DNA from: Lama guanicoe
Lineage: Eukaryota
Direction of reading: 5' to 3'
DNA length: 64,000 nucleotides
NCBI GenBank assembly: GCA_013239625.1
Contig: MU053792.1
Coordinates: forward strand, 346,941 to 410,940
Position numbers and translations under genes: made by a program. Shown here one piece after another: positions 12,929 to 25,852 of this stretch. How positions within the stretch are numbered: the stretch's first letter is position 1; each line of letters opens with the position of its first letter. The notes beneath the pieces are model-generated. The model did no database searches. It worked only from the letters and a program-made list of their open reading frames with translations, and was not told the origin of the DNA.

Positions 12929-13283
12929 TGCTAGAAACTGAAAATTTGTATCTCCCAAAATTCATATGTTGAGACCTAGTCCAGAGTGTGATGCTATCTG
13001 GAGGTGGGGTCTTTGGGAGGCGATTAGATTGTGCGGGTGGAGCCCTCGTGAATGAGGTTAGTGCCCTTATAATGAGACCTCAGAGAGATCCCTCCCCCTT
13101 TCTGCCATGTGGAAAGACAGTGAAAAGACATCCATGAGTCAGGAGGCAGGCCCTCACCAGCCAGACTCTGACAGCTCTGTAATCTCAGAATTGCCTGCCT
13201 CCAGTACTGTGAGAAACAGATGTTTGTTGTTTATAAACTGCACAGTTTATGACTTTTTTGTTCTAGCATCCCAAACAAAGACA
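12929..13283 (+). mobile_element. MLT1A-like MaLR LTR
   Basis: 'aaattcatatgttga...ggaggtggggtctttgggagg...ggtggagccctcgtgaatg...ttagtgcccttat...ctgtgagaaa...aagaca'. Confidence 0.9.
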
Positions 13284-14097
13284 GGTTCTCAAAGGTGGCT
13301 AAGTAGGCCTCTCTCAGTGGTGCCTGCTGAGAACACAGCGAGGGGAAAGTGTTGTCAAGTACCGCTAACATCTGAATACGCTGGAAACTGGGACACCCTA
13401 AGCTATTTAATTCTCTTGTTTTGGTAAATTATTCATGTTTCTCATTTTTCCACCTTTTTAGGAGGTATTTATAATATGCACAGGTATGTCTGTGGGACAT
13501 CTGTATCCTGAGATATAAATATAGATTTCCTATCCACATACGTGTATGTATATAAAACATATACACACATATATACATGCTTACACTAATGGGATACCTA
13601 TTAGTTTAATTCTAGATGAGAATTTAAAAAGACGTCTCAAAAGAACACTGTAAAATATTCAAAAATCAGGGTTAGAACTGTTTATGAAAACATAAATGTA
13701 AAGCAAATATATCAATATATCAATAAGTATCAATATATCAATAAAATTTTGCACTCAAACTTCAGCTCATAGATTTACTATGGCAATAGGTTTTCAGTGA
13801 CTGACTACATTTTAAAGCATCTGTGTTGTGCTCTTTAAAATGTATTATGTTTAATGTTATAAAACATATATTTTCAAATATAAGCCACATCCCTGTAATC
13901 TATGAAGGTTTCATATAGTTGAAGAAAAGACAGTCCAAGTAGCAACCTTTGAATTTGATCTGCTAATAGAAGAATCTCTTTTTAGCTTTCTTTATATTTT
14001 CAATTAGAACTCTTTTTACTTTAAAAATTCTTCATATTTAAAATTTATTTATAAAAACTAATGATTTCTTGAATATGTGTGAGCACATGTGACTGTC

Positions 14098-16645
14098 ATG
14101 ATCGCATTACTGCATTCTGCTGATTCTTACTCTGTATTTGGCTTTATTCCTTTGATAACTAGGTAAGTTTAAAAAGCTAAAGCTCTAACCTGTTCTTAGA
14201 AATAATGATCAGTACACATATGTAAACTAAAAAATGTGCAGTATACTGTATATATTCATTTAGATGCAATAGAATGTGTATGTGCAGTCAAACTGTAATA
14301 ATTCCAGCTAATAAAACTGAAAAAGGGAAAAAGATAGAGGCACAAAATGATCCGAGGGTGGAAGTTTCAGCCCTCTGACACTGAGAGGTCACTGAGTGGA
14401 CATTCAGGCAGGTCCATTTGGAAGATCTGTGGTCCGATCCAGTCGTCACTGGCTCAGTTCTAACTAGACACAGCTGACTCCCAGTTCCTGGAAAACAACT
14501 CCGGGAAACATCTGACTGTTTAGGCCACGTGCTGCTTGGAGAACAAGGGAGGTTTTGTTCTTGCTGCTGGTTTTGTTTTGCTCTTTTATGGGTGCTTGGA
14601 GTTTATCTTCTACTTGGTGCAAGGTAAGGCGCAGGGTTATGGGGTGTCAGGAAGGCTCTCGTGTAGCTTGAGTAGTAAAGAATGGGGTTCTCTCAACTTC
14701 CCTTTTGGTGTTTTGCTGTTCTGATATTAAAGAATCAATTGTGTCCTCTGAAAAACTTAAAAACCTAGTGATGTAATTCTAAACACTAATAATGTTATTT
14801 TTAAAGTGATTATTTTAAAACATAATTGTGATAAACTACAGTGTGTAGATTATTTAAAAATCTATCAGATTGGAGAGCTAACAAAAGAAAACCTCAAAAA
14901 AAAATCATGAAATTTTGAAGAAGTAAGAAACCCTACATAACTTAGGAATATAATTTTGCTCAGTTCTGTTGTGAACATGAAACTGCTCTAAAAGAATAAA
15001 GTCTATTAAAAAATAAATAAAAAATAATTTAGGAAAATAATATTATGTCAACAACACATATAGAATAGACCATAATTTCTGGAATCTCTTATTTTCCTTC
15101 CTAGAACAGACATAGTGTTTGTCAAGGTACTGACATAATTAATTAATTAGGTGATAGCAAATATTAAAAAGCCTGAAGTTATTTAAAATTCAAGTAGCAT
15201 ATTATTCTGAATATAATGCAATAGTTGGCTTAATTTGAAACATTTCAGTTTTTGCAGAAGCCTCTAGCATTTGCAGACAGAATTTTATCTTCTTCGGATC
15301 TTTTCTTTGATTCCTTTGTTCATTTGCAGATACGGGCTGATTTAATTTCTCTTTATTACTGAGATTCGTCTGCATCTGTCATTATGTTATTCAAAACAGT
15401 GTATGATGTGTTGGAAAATACAAAAATTGAAAATGTGAAAAAAACATAAAATATTGATAGTGGCTGTATAAATTTGGAGAGGGAAAAACTGAGATTTAGA
15501 CCCTGCTTTATAGAGCAGCTTTTAAAACACAAACATATTAAACTTGTTTCTAAATAAATTCACACTCTTTAACTTTCTGGGGTGTTTTCCATTTGGCCAA
15601 TAATATCTATATTATAAAACTTGTAATACTTCCAAAACATCCAGTAATTTATAGTGAGATACTTGTAAATATATGTTTGATATTTCCAAGATGTTCCTGT
15701 ATTTTTAAACAACTGAAAAGGATTATTTGTTACTATTAGAAAAGATCCATTTTCATTACTGATTCTCTTATTTATTATGAAATTATTTTTTTGTTTTCCA
15801 AAATAATTTATTGTTTTATTGGCATAAAAATGGGTTAAGTAATTAAAATAATATTATTAACCATTTGATATTTATTCTATGTCACTGTCATTGAGGTCTA
15901 TTTTAAACAGGCTAACTTAGGGTGATTTACAGAAATTTGTCTTCTGCATAGCACCATGTCTATTCTGAAAGAGGTTCAAGGACAACTAGTAAAGTTGGTC
16001 AAATACTATGTCTATATTTGGAAACACAATCGTCTGACCTAATTAACAACAAAAAATATATATGACAGCAGTTGTCTCTAAACATGTAACATATGTTTCA
16101 CAGGCCTTAGAGCAATTCTGAGTTGAACAGGAAGTTCTAATAGGTAAAATATCTACAATTTTATTTTAAGAAAGGTATAAACTATATTCTTTATTCTTTT
16201 CCTTTTCCTCATTATCATATCTCCTTTCTCTTTTCTTTTGCTTAGAGTTGACAGGATGATCAGACCCTACAAGGTACTTTCTCTGATGTCCCTAAAGTTA
16301 TGGATGCTAAGACAACAGGGCTGCACATTATTTTCAGGTTTCTAGACCTCTGTGGCATTTCTCTCCAGCTGACCATGTTCTCCTGAGGTTATATAAGCAA
16401 AACAAAAATAAAGAACAATTTAAAAAGACTAAGGTGGCAGTACTAAACACTGTTTAATTAATTTTGAAGTTATTTTTGTTTGTTTTTAACACTTTATAGA
16501 GATGTTATTCTATTATTGGTCCAGGTTAAGAAAAAAGTGACAACTGACTGAATCTTGCGAAGTTACAAAACATTGCTTGGAAAATACTGTTTCACTCTCT
16601 AGTTGGTCTAATTCCTTCTTTTTCTTTTTTCTTTTAGACTTTTAG
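14098..16645 (+). other. Second cluster of candidate short exons
   Basis: 14098-14162 (|gtaagt), 16246-16273, 16338-16387, 16500-16524 and 16638-16645 (|gtaaga); long pyrimidine tracts precede three of them and the segments join in frame. Confidence 0.3.
14345..14725. mobile_element. Probable old ERV1 (MER4-group-like) LTR remnant
   Basis: GC-richer island with a 'ttcctggaaaacaactc' motif recalled from MER4-group LTRs; boundaries approximate. Confidence 0.4.
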
Positions 16646-17024
16646 GTAAGACTTTCATTAAAGTGCTTCAGAAATTGAGATAAACTCTTGACTATTTCTT
16701 TCAGTAATCTAATAAAAGTGACTTAATTGGTCATTATTATATTGGGTATTGAGGAAAAAGCAGAGAAGAAACTCATGGTTATTTAACAAATGTGTGCAAT
16801 TTATTAGACACCTCATTGCAAAAAATACCGGCACCTAATTTTAAGAGATATCTGCACACCAGCCCTTAGGGAATGAAATGTCCCTCTTTACTACAAATGT
16901 GATTATAATCAAAAGTCACATTTCCATGTTTGTAAATTTGAGTGAAATTCTTGTCACTTTTTTTCAAAACATGATGCAATTTTTTCAAATACAATATTTA
17001 TACCATTGTATGAAAATATGGAAA

Positions 17025-19790
17025 TTCTGCCTCTAGCCAAGATGAGTAATAGAAATTATGTTTACTCTCCCTCCTGAAAATACCAAAAAGAACCCAGAAA
17101 ATATATGAAACCGTGGTATTTGACACCAAAAACAGCAATGATGGACAGTGATCTTGAGAGACAAGAAACAAATGAGGTAAGCCTCTCTGTTGCCTCAGCT
17201 TACTCCACTGAAAGAGTTTTCAGGCCATAGTGTAACGAGTATGCGCACAAGTGGAACCTAACACTTAGTGCAAAAGTTTTCTAAATACGGATCATAGATC
17301 TAAATACAAAATGTAAAGCTATAAACTTAGAGTAAAAAAAAAGGAGAGCATATTTATGATCTTGGGTTATCCAAATAGCCGTGACACCAAATATCTGATT
17401 CCTAAAAGAAAAAAATGATACATTGAATTTCATCAAAATCAAAAAGTTTCCTCTGTGAAAGTCACTGCTAAAGAATAAAAAACAAACACTTTAACAAAAC
17501 CAACAGCACACTGAGCAAAAGGGGGATATAGTTGCAAAACACATTCAAGATAGGATTTACATTCTAAAACTATAATTACCAAAAATCAACAAGAAGAAAA
17601 CAAATGACGTAATTTGTGCAAAGACATTTTACCAAAGAGAACAGAGATGGCAAATAAGTATATAAAATATATATTCAGCCTTAGTGGCCAAAAAGGAAAT
17701 CCAAACTGAAATTTTGACTTGATACCACAATTTACCCAAGAATATTTTAGCAAATTGAATCCAACAATATATTAAAGGGCTAATATATCATGACCTAGTG
17801 GAATATCAATTTAAGATTGCTTCACATTTGAAAATCAATCCTTGTAACAACAAATAAAACAGAAATATGGTTATCTCAACAGACACAGAAAAGTTTACAA
17901 AATCCAGTATCTATTCTTGATAAAAATTCTCACAAACTAGGAATGGAAATGAACATCCTTTACCTGCTAACAGGCATCATACTGTTACCGAGTCCAAACT
18001 CGTTCTGCTTACTGCACGACAGGACAATAAATCGGGAGAGGAGGTGTTGGGGCAAGGAATAGCGAGTTTATTCAGAAACCCAGCAGACCGAGAGGATGGC
18101 AGACTAATGTCTTGGAGACCCATCCTGCTCCAGTCAGAATACAGGCTCCTTTCACACAAAATAATAGGGGAGGAGGTGTGGTTGGTTCATGCAAACTTCT
18201 TGCTGCAGGAATTCTCTGTTCTTGCAGCCGTCCACCTGGGCCAGGTCATGTGTCCCTGTAAACTTCCAACAAAACAGATTTATTTTCTCTTCTGCAACTT
18301 TCTATCTTTATATGAATGGAAAATTGTTAATATCCTTAAAGGCCAGAGCCTTGAGAATAGGCTCCCCTGTACATTTCAGGCTAAAGGCAACATTGTTTCA
18401 CAAAAGGAGCAGAGCTGGCAAGACTAAGCCTAGAAAACAGGATGCAGTGTTTAAAACTAAAGGAACAGATCCAATATAAAGTCAAATTTGTTCTCCTCTA
18501 TTACAATACTTAACAGTAATAGACTAAAAGTTTTCTCTCTAAGATTGGGGAAAAGATAAGAATATCCTTTACTTTTCTTCAAACTGTACTAGATACTCTA
18601 TGCAAGTAAACATAGAAATGGGGGGGGGGCATCCAGATTGAAAAGGAAAAAGTGAAACCATATTAGTTTGTCTGTGGCATGACTATCTAAATAGAAAATG
18701 TAATGGAAACTTCAAGAAATAGAACTCATAAGTAAATTTACAAAAGGTTGCAGAATATAAGATCAATATAAAAACAAAATTGATTATATATTTCCATGTA
18801 CTAGCAATGAACAATCAGAAAGTAAAACTACTAAAGTACCATTCCCAGTAGCATTAAAATGTATAAAATATTTAAAAATAAATCCGATAAATACGTTAAG
18901 GACCTGTCCACTGAAATCTGTACAAGCATTCTGAGAAAAAAAGGTTTTAAAGTCCTAAATTAATGGATATGTATACCATGTTAATAGTTTGGAAGGCTTA
19001 AATATTGTTAAGATGTCAATTATCCCCAAATTTATCTATAGAATCAAGTTAATCCCATGTAAAATCTCATAAACTATTGGCAAAAATGTAAAGAAACTGA
19101 AACTCTCGTAGACTGTTGGTGGAAATGTTAAATAGTGTAATCAATTTGGAAAACAGCTTCTTTCAGTAAGCCAATTCCATAAAAAGTTAAGCATATATTT
19201 TTCATATGATTCAGTTATTCCACTCCTTGGATTAAGTAAGCAAAAGAAAGCAAATGCATATGTGTATATAATAACTTGCATACAAATGTTCATAGCAGAT
19301 TTATTTACATCACCACACAGTGAAAACAGGCACAATGACTATCAGCATGTGAATGGATGAACATGCTGTGGTGTATCCCGATAACGGAATACTGTACAAT
19401 AATTTTTTAAAATGAATTATTGATGTATGCAAGAACAATAAATACACTAACTAGAAACTGGGCAAAAAAGGGAACATGCTATATGACCCTTTAATATACA
19501 AAATTCTAGAAAATACACCTAATCTATAGTGAAGTGACACAAAGTAAATTAGCAGTTGCCTAGAGATACAGGGAGGAGATTGAACAGAGAGTGAGGGCCT
19601 CAAGGGAAGGTTACAAAATGGCATGAGAAAATTCTAGGGGTGATGGATACAAAGATGTTCATTGTGGGAATAATTTTGTAGAAGAATACAAAAATCAAAA
19701 TTACTAAATTGCTCACTTTAAACATGTTAATGTATAATAGTTAATTATATATCAGTTATTTACAATAAAGCTGCTAAATTTTCAAAATGA
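17025..19790 (+). mobile_element. Old L1M element in rearranged pieces (5' part, ORF2 pieces, 3' end), interrupted by a solo LTR
   Basis: ORF2 RT-type sequence ('gaatccaacaatatattaaaggg', 'aaggttgcagaatataagatcaatata') and an L1M 3'UTR ending 'caataaagctg' near 19770. Confidence 0.9.
17983..18505 (-). mobile_element. Solo ERV1-class LTR nested in L1 ORF2, 4-bp TSD (atac)
   Basis: TGT...ACA termini; atac at 17979-17982 and 18506-18509; reverse-strand AATAAA near 18070; host L1 resumes after it. Confidence 0.9.
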
Positions 19791-20194
19791 AAGTATAAAG
19801 AAGTGAGAAAAATATATAGAAATTTAAGCTGAATGATAAATTTTCTGTAAATAATAATGTACATATGCTATTTTGTTCTAATTCTTTCTACAATTATAAC
19901 TTTTTACATAACTTAGTGTGGCTCTCACATAGTTTTTTAAATTCAAGGGAAAAACACATTTTTTGTGTGTGAAAAATTTGAAAACACCACATTCCTTAAA
20001 ATGCCCTTTTCCACAGTTATAGGTGTTCAAAACTAATTTATTGTGTGAATAAATAAGATCAAGAGGCTGAAAATCATAAGATCCAGTTTCAGATACCAGT
20101 TCTAACACCAGCTGATTTATGCCAATTCAGAGAATATACATAAGTTCTTAATGCAAGCCTGTAGTTTTTGAAAATATAAGATAATTGTATTAAA

Positions 20195-20425
20195 ACAGCA
20201 TCATTCAAACTATAGATTCCAATTTATCAGTAGCTTGTGAAATCAACTTATGTAGCCGGGGTGGTGTGAAAAATGTAACAGTAGAATAAATATCGGTGCA
20301 TTACTCAAGAAATAGGTACTTATTGTTCCATGAAGCTCTAATTTCAGTTATCAATATAAATGCATCTATATACTGAGATGCAATATAATTAATAATGTTA
20401 ATCATAGTTTAAAGGTTGAAAGCTT
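20195..20425. mobile_element. hAT-Charlie (MER112-like) DNA transposon remnant
   Basis: 'ttcaaact...gtgaaatcaactta...aatatcggtgcatt...tattgttccatgaagct...tttcagtta...gttgaaagc' resembles the recalled consensus. Confidence 0.5.
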
Positions 20426-22174
20426 GAAACCTAAATAATTTGGGGCCCCCACTTACACTTCTAAATAATTGTGGTCTGATAAAATTTTTTAAACAATAGA
20501 TAAACGATGGGATTCAGATAAGATGATTCACATGAACTTTTCTAGCTCATTATTACTCATGCTAGAAAATTAGTCAGAATACTTTTTTTTTGAAATACAT
20601 AATGCTTGAGAAAATACTCTTTACCCAGATAATAGTATTTCCTGGTAGTCTTCTGAGCAATGACTCAGAGACTAACTGAAAAATGCTGAAAAGGATACCA
20701 GAGAATGATAAAAAGATCTCTAGAGCAGCTTTGTTTTATAACTAAAAATTGTGTCATCCACCTTAGAGAGATTTTTCCAGTGTACTTAATTTTAACCCTT
20801 TAACGAGATTCTCAATCTGAAAAGGAGATATGCAGATCAATAAATAAAATAACAAAATGTTCCTGCTTTTCTATATAATTTCTTCTGAAAGAGTAATAAA
20901 TCCTCATTATAAATTAAAAAAAATTGAAACTGAGAATAAAATAAGCCCAGTGAGTTAAATTTTACAAATATATAATTATTGTTTTAAAAATTGTAAAGTT
21001 AACATTTAAAAAATTAGAATAAAAAAGTATAGACAGCATTAAAAAGAAAAAAATTCTAAAACCATTAGACAACTTGTAAGAATAAACTTTAATAAATTCA
21101 TTATGTTGAGGGTAGCAAATCCCTACTTCTCCTTAAGCAATGATTCAAATATTTATGCCCCTGCACTGGCAGGCTCCCACTTTTGCCACGATAAAGCACC
21201 TCCAAGATCATGGAGCTATGATCATGGCCAAGATCATGGAGCTATGTTTGTTAGGTTGAATCAAAACAGTATAAACATAAACAAAGAGTGTGTTGGTGGC
21301 AACTCAATACTTAGGGATGCTTAGAAAAATGTGTGAAGAGAAGGTAGAGGCTGTAGTGAGGGAATGTGAGAAACGGATGTACGTAACTCTCATCTGAAGG
21401 CAGTGCTGAGAGGACCGATCCATAGATGAAGGCCAGGCCTCAGTGTATCTCTCTCTGGTGGACCACAGGCACAAACAGAAAGGCCAGACGCTGACTCTCA
21501 CGTCCCCATGAGAATTAGGGAGAAACTGCAAGAAGAAAGTGGAGTGGAATTTCAGATTGCCGGGATTGCCATGCTGTCACTAAAGGAAAACAAGAATAAA
21601 ATAATCTGAACAGTGACAGCCGGATTAGCGGCTATTAGGTCCACTGAGCTGCCGCATTTCAGGACACAGGATTTCTCCCAGGAGTGAGACAAGGCTATAC
21701 TCCAAGTGTCACCCATAAGACTCAGGAGTGCAGATCATTCTCAGTCAGCCGACCACCTTCTGGGGGCGTTCACAGGGGGCTGAGGTTTTGGTGGGTAGGA
21801 CCCATGGGCTGTGGGGCATCCTTTCACTCTGTAGTATTTTTCCCACTGCCCTTTCCTTTGTAGAGGAGGCCTGGCCTTAGGGATATACTATTATTCACCC
21901 TCTGGGATCTTAAACTGTACCTAGATGCAAGTCACGTGCACAGAAAAAAACACAAGTGCAGACTCTCAAAAGCTGAACAGAAGAGCTTTCTCTCTCCCCT
22001 GGGACAGACCATGGCCAAAGATAAACAACACTACAAACAAAGAACTCAGTGAGTAGCTAGGGAAGTACTCAAAATCAGTGTAGAAACAGCCATCTATGAT
22101 AGTATAAATTAATTTTATAATTATATACTTAGATGGAATATACTTACATGAAATATGGAATGTGACTATATTGA

Positions 22175-22365
22175 ATAATGGGTAAGAGAATAGAGTTTGG
22201 AGTCAAACAGATGTAGGTTCCAGTTCTACTTTTTTTTTTTACTTATTAACTTGGTAACCCTTATGATATTGCTTAATTATGTAAAAAAAAAACTCACAGT
22301 ATTCCTTCAAGGATTTAATAGAATAATGTATATGAAAATAATTTGTAAGAAGTTTCATTGTAGGG
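22175..22365 (+). mobile_element. MIR SINE remnant
   Basis: 'ggtaagagaatagagtttggagtcaaacagatgtaggttc...aggatttaatagaataatgtatatgaaa'. Confidence 0.7.
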
Positions 22366-22584
22366 GCTGGCTGAATGGAAACTTCAACTGCTTTATATAT
22401 GCCAGAACCTATGATTGCTGACACTAAATAATTAATTTGATTTAATATCATATGTAAAACCAAAGTAGTACCAGTTCAATGGTGCCGCAGATGTTGCCAT
22501 TCAGACACAGTCTAAAAATGAATCTGAATTAGCCTTCATGGGGGGGTTAATATGCTGCAATGCATAAAACTATCCTTGTATCAC

Positions 22585-23045
22585 ATTTATTCCTAAGTAT
22601 TTTATTTTTTGGATGCAATTTTAAAAGGGATTGTTTCTTTACTTTCTTTTTCTGATATTTCTTTCTTAGTGTAAAGAAATGCAATTGATTTCTGTATGTT
22701 AAGCTTGTAGCCTGCTACCTTGCTGAATTCATTTATGTATTAGCTCTAGTAGTTTTTGACTGAAGACTCTAGGGTTTTCTATATATAATATCATGTAATC
22801 CATATGTAGCATCAATTTTAACTCTTCTCTTCAATTTGGATCCCTTTTATTTCTTTTTCTTGTCTGATTGCTATGGCTAGGACTTCCAATACTATACTGA
22901 ATAGAAGTGGTGAGAGTGGGCATCCTTGTCTTGTTCCAGATGTTAGCAGGAAGGCTTTCAACTTTTCACCCCTGAGTGTTATGCTGACTGTAGGTTTGCC
23001 ATAAATACCTTTTATTGTGTTGAGATATGTCCCCTCTATACACAA
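22585..23045 (-). mobile_element. LINE-1 ORF2 RT fragment
   Basis: ORF 22818..23045 contains [35 protein letters not shown]. Confidence 0.97.
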
Positions 23046-24708
23046 TTCTGTTTGTTGTGTATGGAAAAACTATTTTAAGTATACAGTATTGGAAAGTCAA
23101 ACTGTTGTAAATGGAAGATAAAACAATGTGAAATATTGACCATTATTAATAATAATTAATAAATAATAATTGATAAATATTAATCTCTTTAAAAATAAAT
23201 AAATGAAATTAAAGGCAAATGAATAATGTCATATATGTATTTGTTCATATGCATGTTAGTTAACGTACAAAACAACACCAAAGATTTCCTTCAAATCAAA
23301 AGAAATATTGTCAATGTGCATCAGTAGTTAATCCAAAATAGCCAATTAAGTTGTAAAACATCCAGCCTCAGTAGTAATCAAAGAAAATTCATCATAGTCA
23401 TAATGAGCTTTTATTTTTGTTCTTCAAATTGTCAGAGATTAAAATTTTAATATCTAGCTTCTGTAAGAATTAGGGAAAATCAGCATTCTATGTATGGCTG
23501 ATAAGAATATAAACTTGCTGAACAATTTAGAATAATATAACTTTATTTCTATCCCCGTTTCTATCTATGGTATATGTTTAGGGATAAATATGTTCATATT
23601 CTTTGACTCAATATTTCTCCTTTTTAGAATAAGCTGTAGGGAATTACCTGAGATGTAAAGAAATAATTATGGAAAAAAGACCACATCATAATATTTGTAA
23701 AACATCAATAATTAAAGTCAATCTAAATGTCCAATACCAGCATCATAATTTATAATATTTCTAGACAAAGGAATATCCATTAAAATAACAATTTCAAATG
23801 AACTTAAGAATTCCAAACAGGACAAATTGTTCATGTCATTATATTATATAATGATTTTAAGATAGTGTGTTTTATCTATACTAAGATGATAGTTTTATAA
23901 ACTTTCTAAAATAAAATTACCAAGAAACTATATCCACACCTTCATGATAATTATTGATGAAAAGATTGTGTGTGGTCTTTCCTTTCTTCTTTTTAGCTTT
24001 ATGCAGTTGAAAGCAGAGTTTTTCAGACTGGATGAAAGTTTTCTATAAGAAACTCAAATATCACATTAACTGGTCTCAGTACTTATTTAAAGTTACAGTA
24101 CTTAAGACAGAGAACCACTATTATAAAAGTATCTTGCGAAACTCATCCTACTGTTGTTAATATTAACAACTTTCCTGCTCTTTGTAATTTCTGGGAAGGA
24201 TCTCTGACCCTCTGCATAGTTTCCACTCAATTAATTATACTATTTCCTCACTAGTACAAAAGAAAGTGTTTGGTGGACAGATAATGGATCACACTTTGAA
24301 AAGTACTTCTTTCTAGAACTAAAAGGTGCCTGTATATCCAATGAATTTCAGGTCATAAAACAGAGAGAAAGCTGTTAGTTGTGCCCAGTTTAGAACTGAT
24401 TTCTGAACAATGAATAAATGAGCTAAAGAGCAAAATTTTCAATATGGCCTCCAATTGAAGTATGCTTCCCTCCACCCCCACCTTCCTCTGGCATCTAGTT
24501 TCAGGAAATAATTGCTGAGAATGCAAATCTCTCTTACACCCCTCCTTGGATGTCTCATAATTCTTTTTATCTATTTTTCTACCAAGTTATTAGAAAATGA
24601 CAATATTGGAAGTCTTCACCTTTGTGATAGTAGGATCTATGACAGTGCCTGATACATACCAGATACCCTCAAATTATATGCTAAATTAAAAGAACACTCA
24701 TGTGCCTT

Positions 24709-25201
24709 TGTATTTGTTGTATACTATTGTGTAACAAATGACACAAAGGTAGCCTGAAACAAAACAGTTCCCACAGGGATCTTGCATAACTTAGATGAGT
24801 CTTCTGCTCGGGTTCTCATAAGGCTTAAATCATGATGTTGATTGAGTGTGTCCTTATCTGGAAATTCAACTAGGGAAATATCTACTTCCGAGCTCCCTTA
24901 AGTTGTTGAAAAATTCATTTTCTTGCAACTGTATGACTGAGGTTCATATATTCTTGCTGTGAAGGTCTGATCTTGGTTGTTAGAGGCCACTCTCAGGTCT
25001 TTGTCACACAAAGCCTTCCATCATCCTTTTTCTTATACTTTGAATCTCCTTGATCTTCTTTCTCTGATCTCTAGACCCTTTTTATAAAGGGATTACCTGA
25101 TTAAATCAGACTCATCTACACTTGAGGGATAGGGATTATAAAGGGTGCTCACACCAAGGACCAATAATCTCAGGGGCTATTTTAGAATGCTGCCCGCCTC
25201 A
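24709..25201 (-). mobile_element. MLT1-type MaLR LTR
   Basis: 'ttgtgtaacaaatgacacaaa...aaggcttaaatcatgatgttg...actgaggttc...gggctattttagaatgctgcc'. Confidence 0.75.
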
Positions 25202-25373
25202 ATCCTTAATAGATGACGTTCTTAGACTATTCACTCCAATGTAGATTGCTAAATTTTACATGGAAGCTTAACAATTGCACACTTTGCTCTCTACCATGTG
25301 TAGTCAGAGAAACAATTGATCACAGCAGTATGATCAGTGGATCATTTCCTAAATGAATTTTTTTTACCCAGGA

Positions 25374-25852
25374 TGTAAATAAACAAGGAATGTCACTCAC
25401 CGTCTGGTTCTGCAAGGGTTAAGTCATTAGCCGCAGCAGTCACTGGACTACAGAACAGCCCGAAAGGAATTCAGGACAAAGAGCATGCTGTGCTTTGGGA
25501 GAAAAGGCAAAATAGGACCTTAGATAATTATATATATTTCAGAGGAAAAATGTTAATCAACTCAGATTCTTGCATCTCCCCATACACACAAAAGCACTAA
25601 AATCATTGGCTGCGACAGCTGATCCTCATGAGTAGTAGTAACATTTTACGTACAAGATGTGTGCTTCACTACCTGTATCCTGTAGCCAAGATCACATACA
25701 TACTGACCTCTCCCCTCATGTCTCCAGAGAATTTCCTCAGAGCATTTCCTCTGAAAAGCTGTCTCCAGGGCTAACGTTCTCAGTATGACACTGAGTAAAA
25801 CTCAACTCACAGCTCTTACCATTGTGTGTGTGCTTTTTCCCCCCAGTCAACA
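25374..25852 (+). mobile_element. Solo ERV1-class LTR related to those at 11333 and 54038
   Basis: tgtaaataaacaagg...cagtcaaca; shared 'ttcctcagagc', 'gctgtctccagggct' and 'aactcacagctct'; TSD imperfect. Confidence 0.8.

Noticed and set aside
21502..21579. Resemblance to a butyrophilin leader exon
   Set aside because: Stops in all three frames, similarity needs several gaps, and no Ig-domain exon follows
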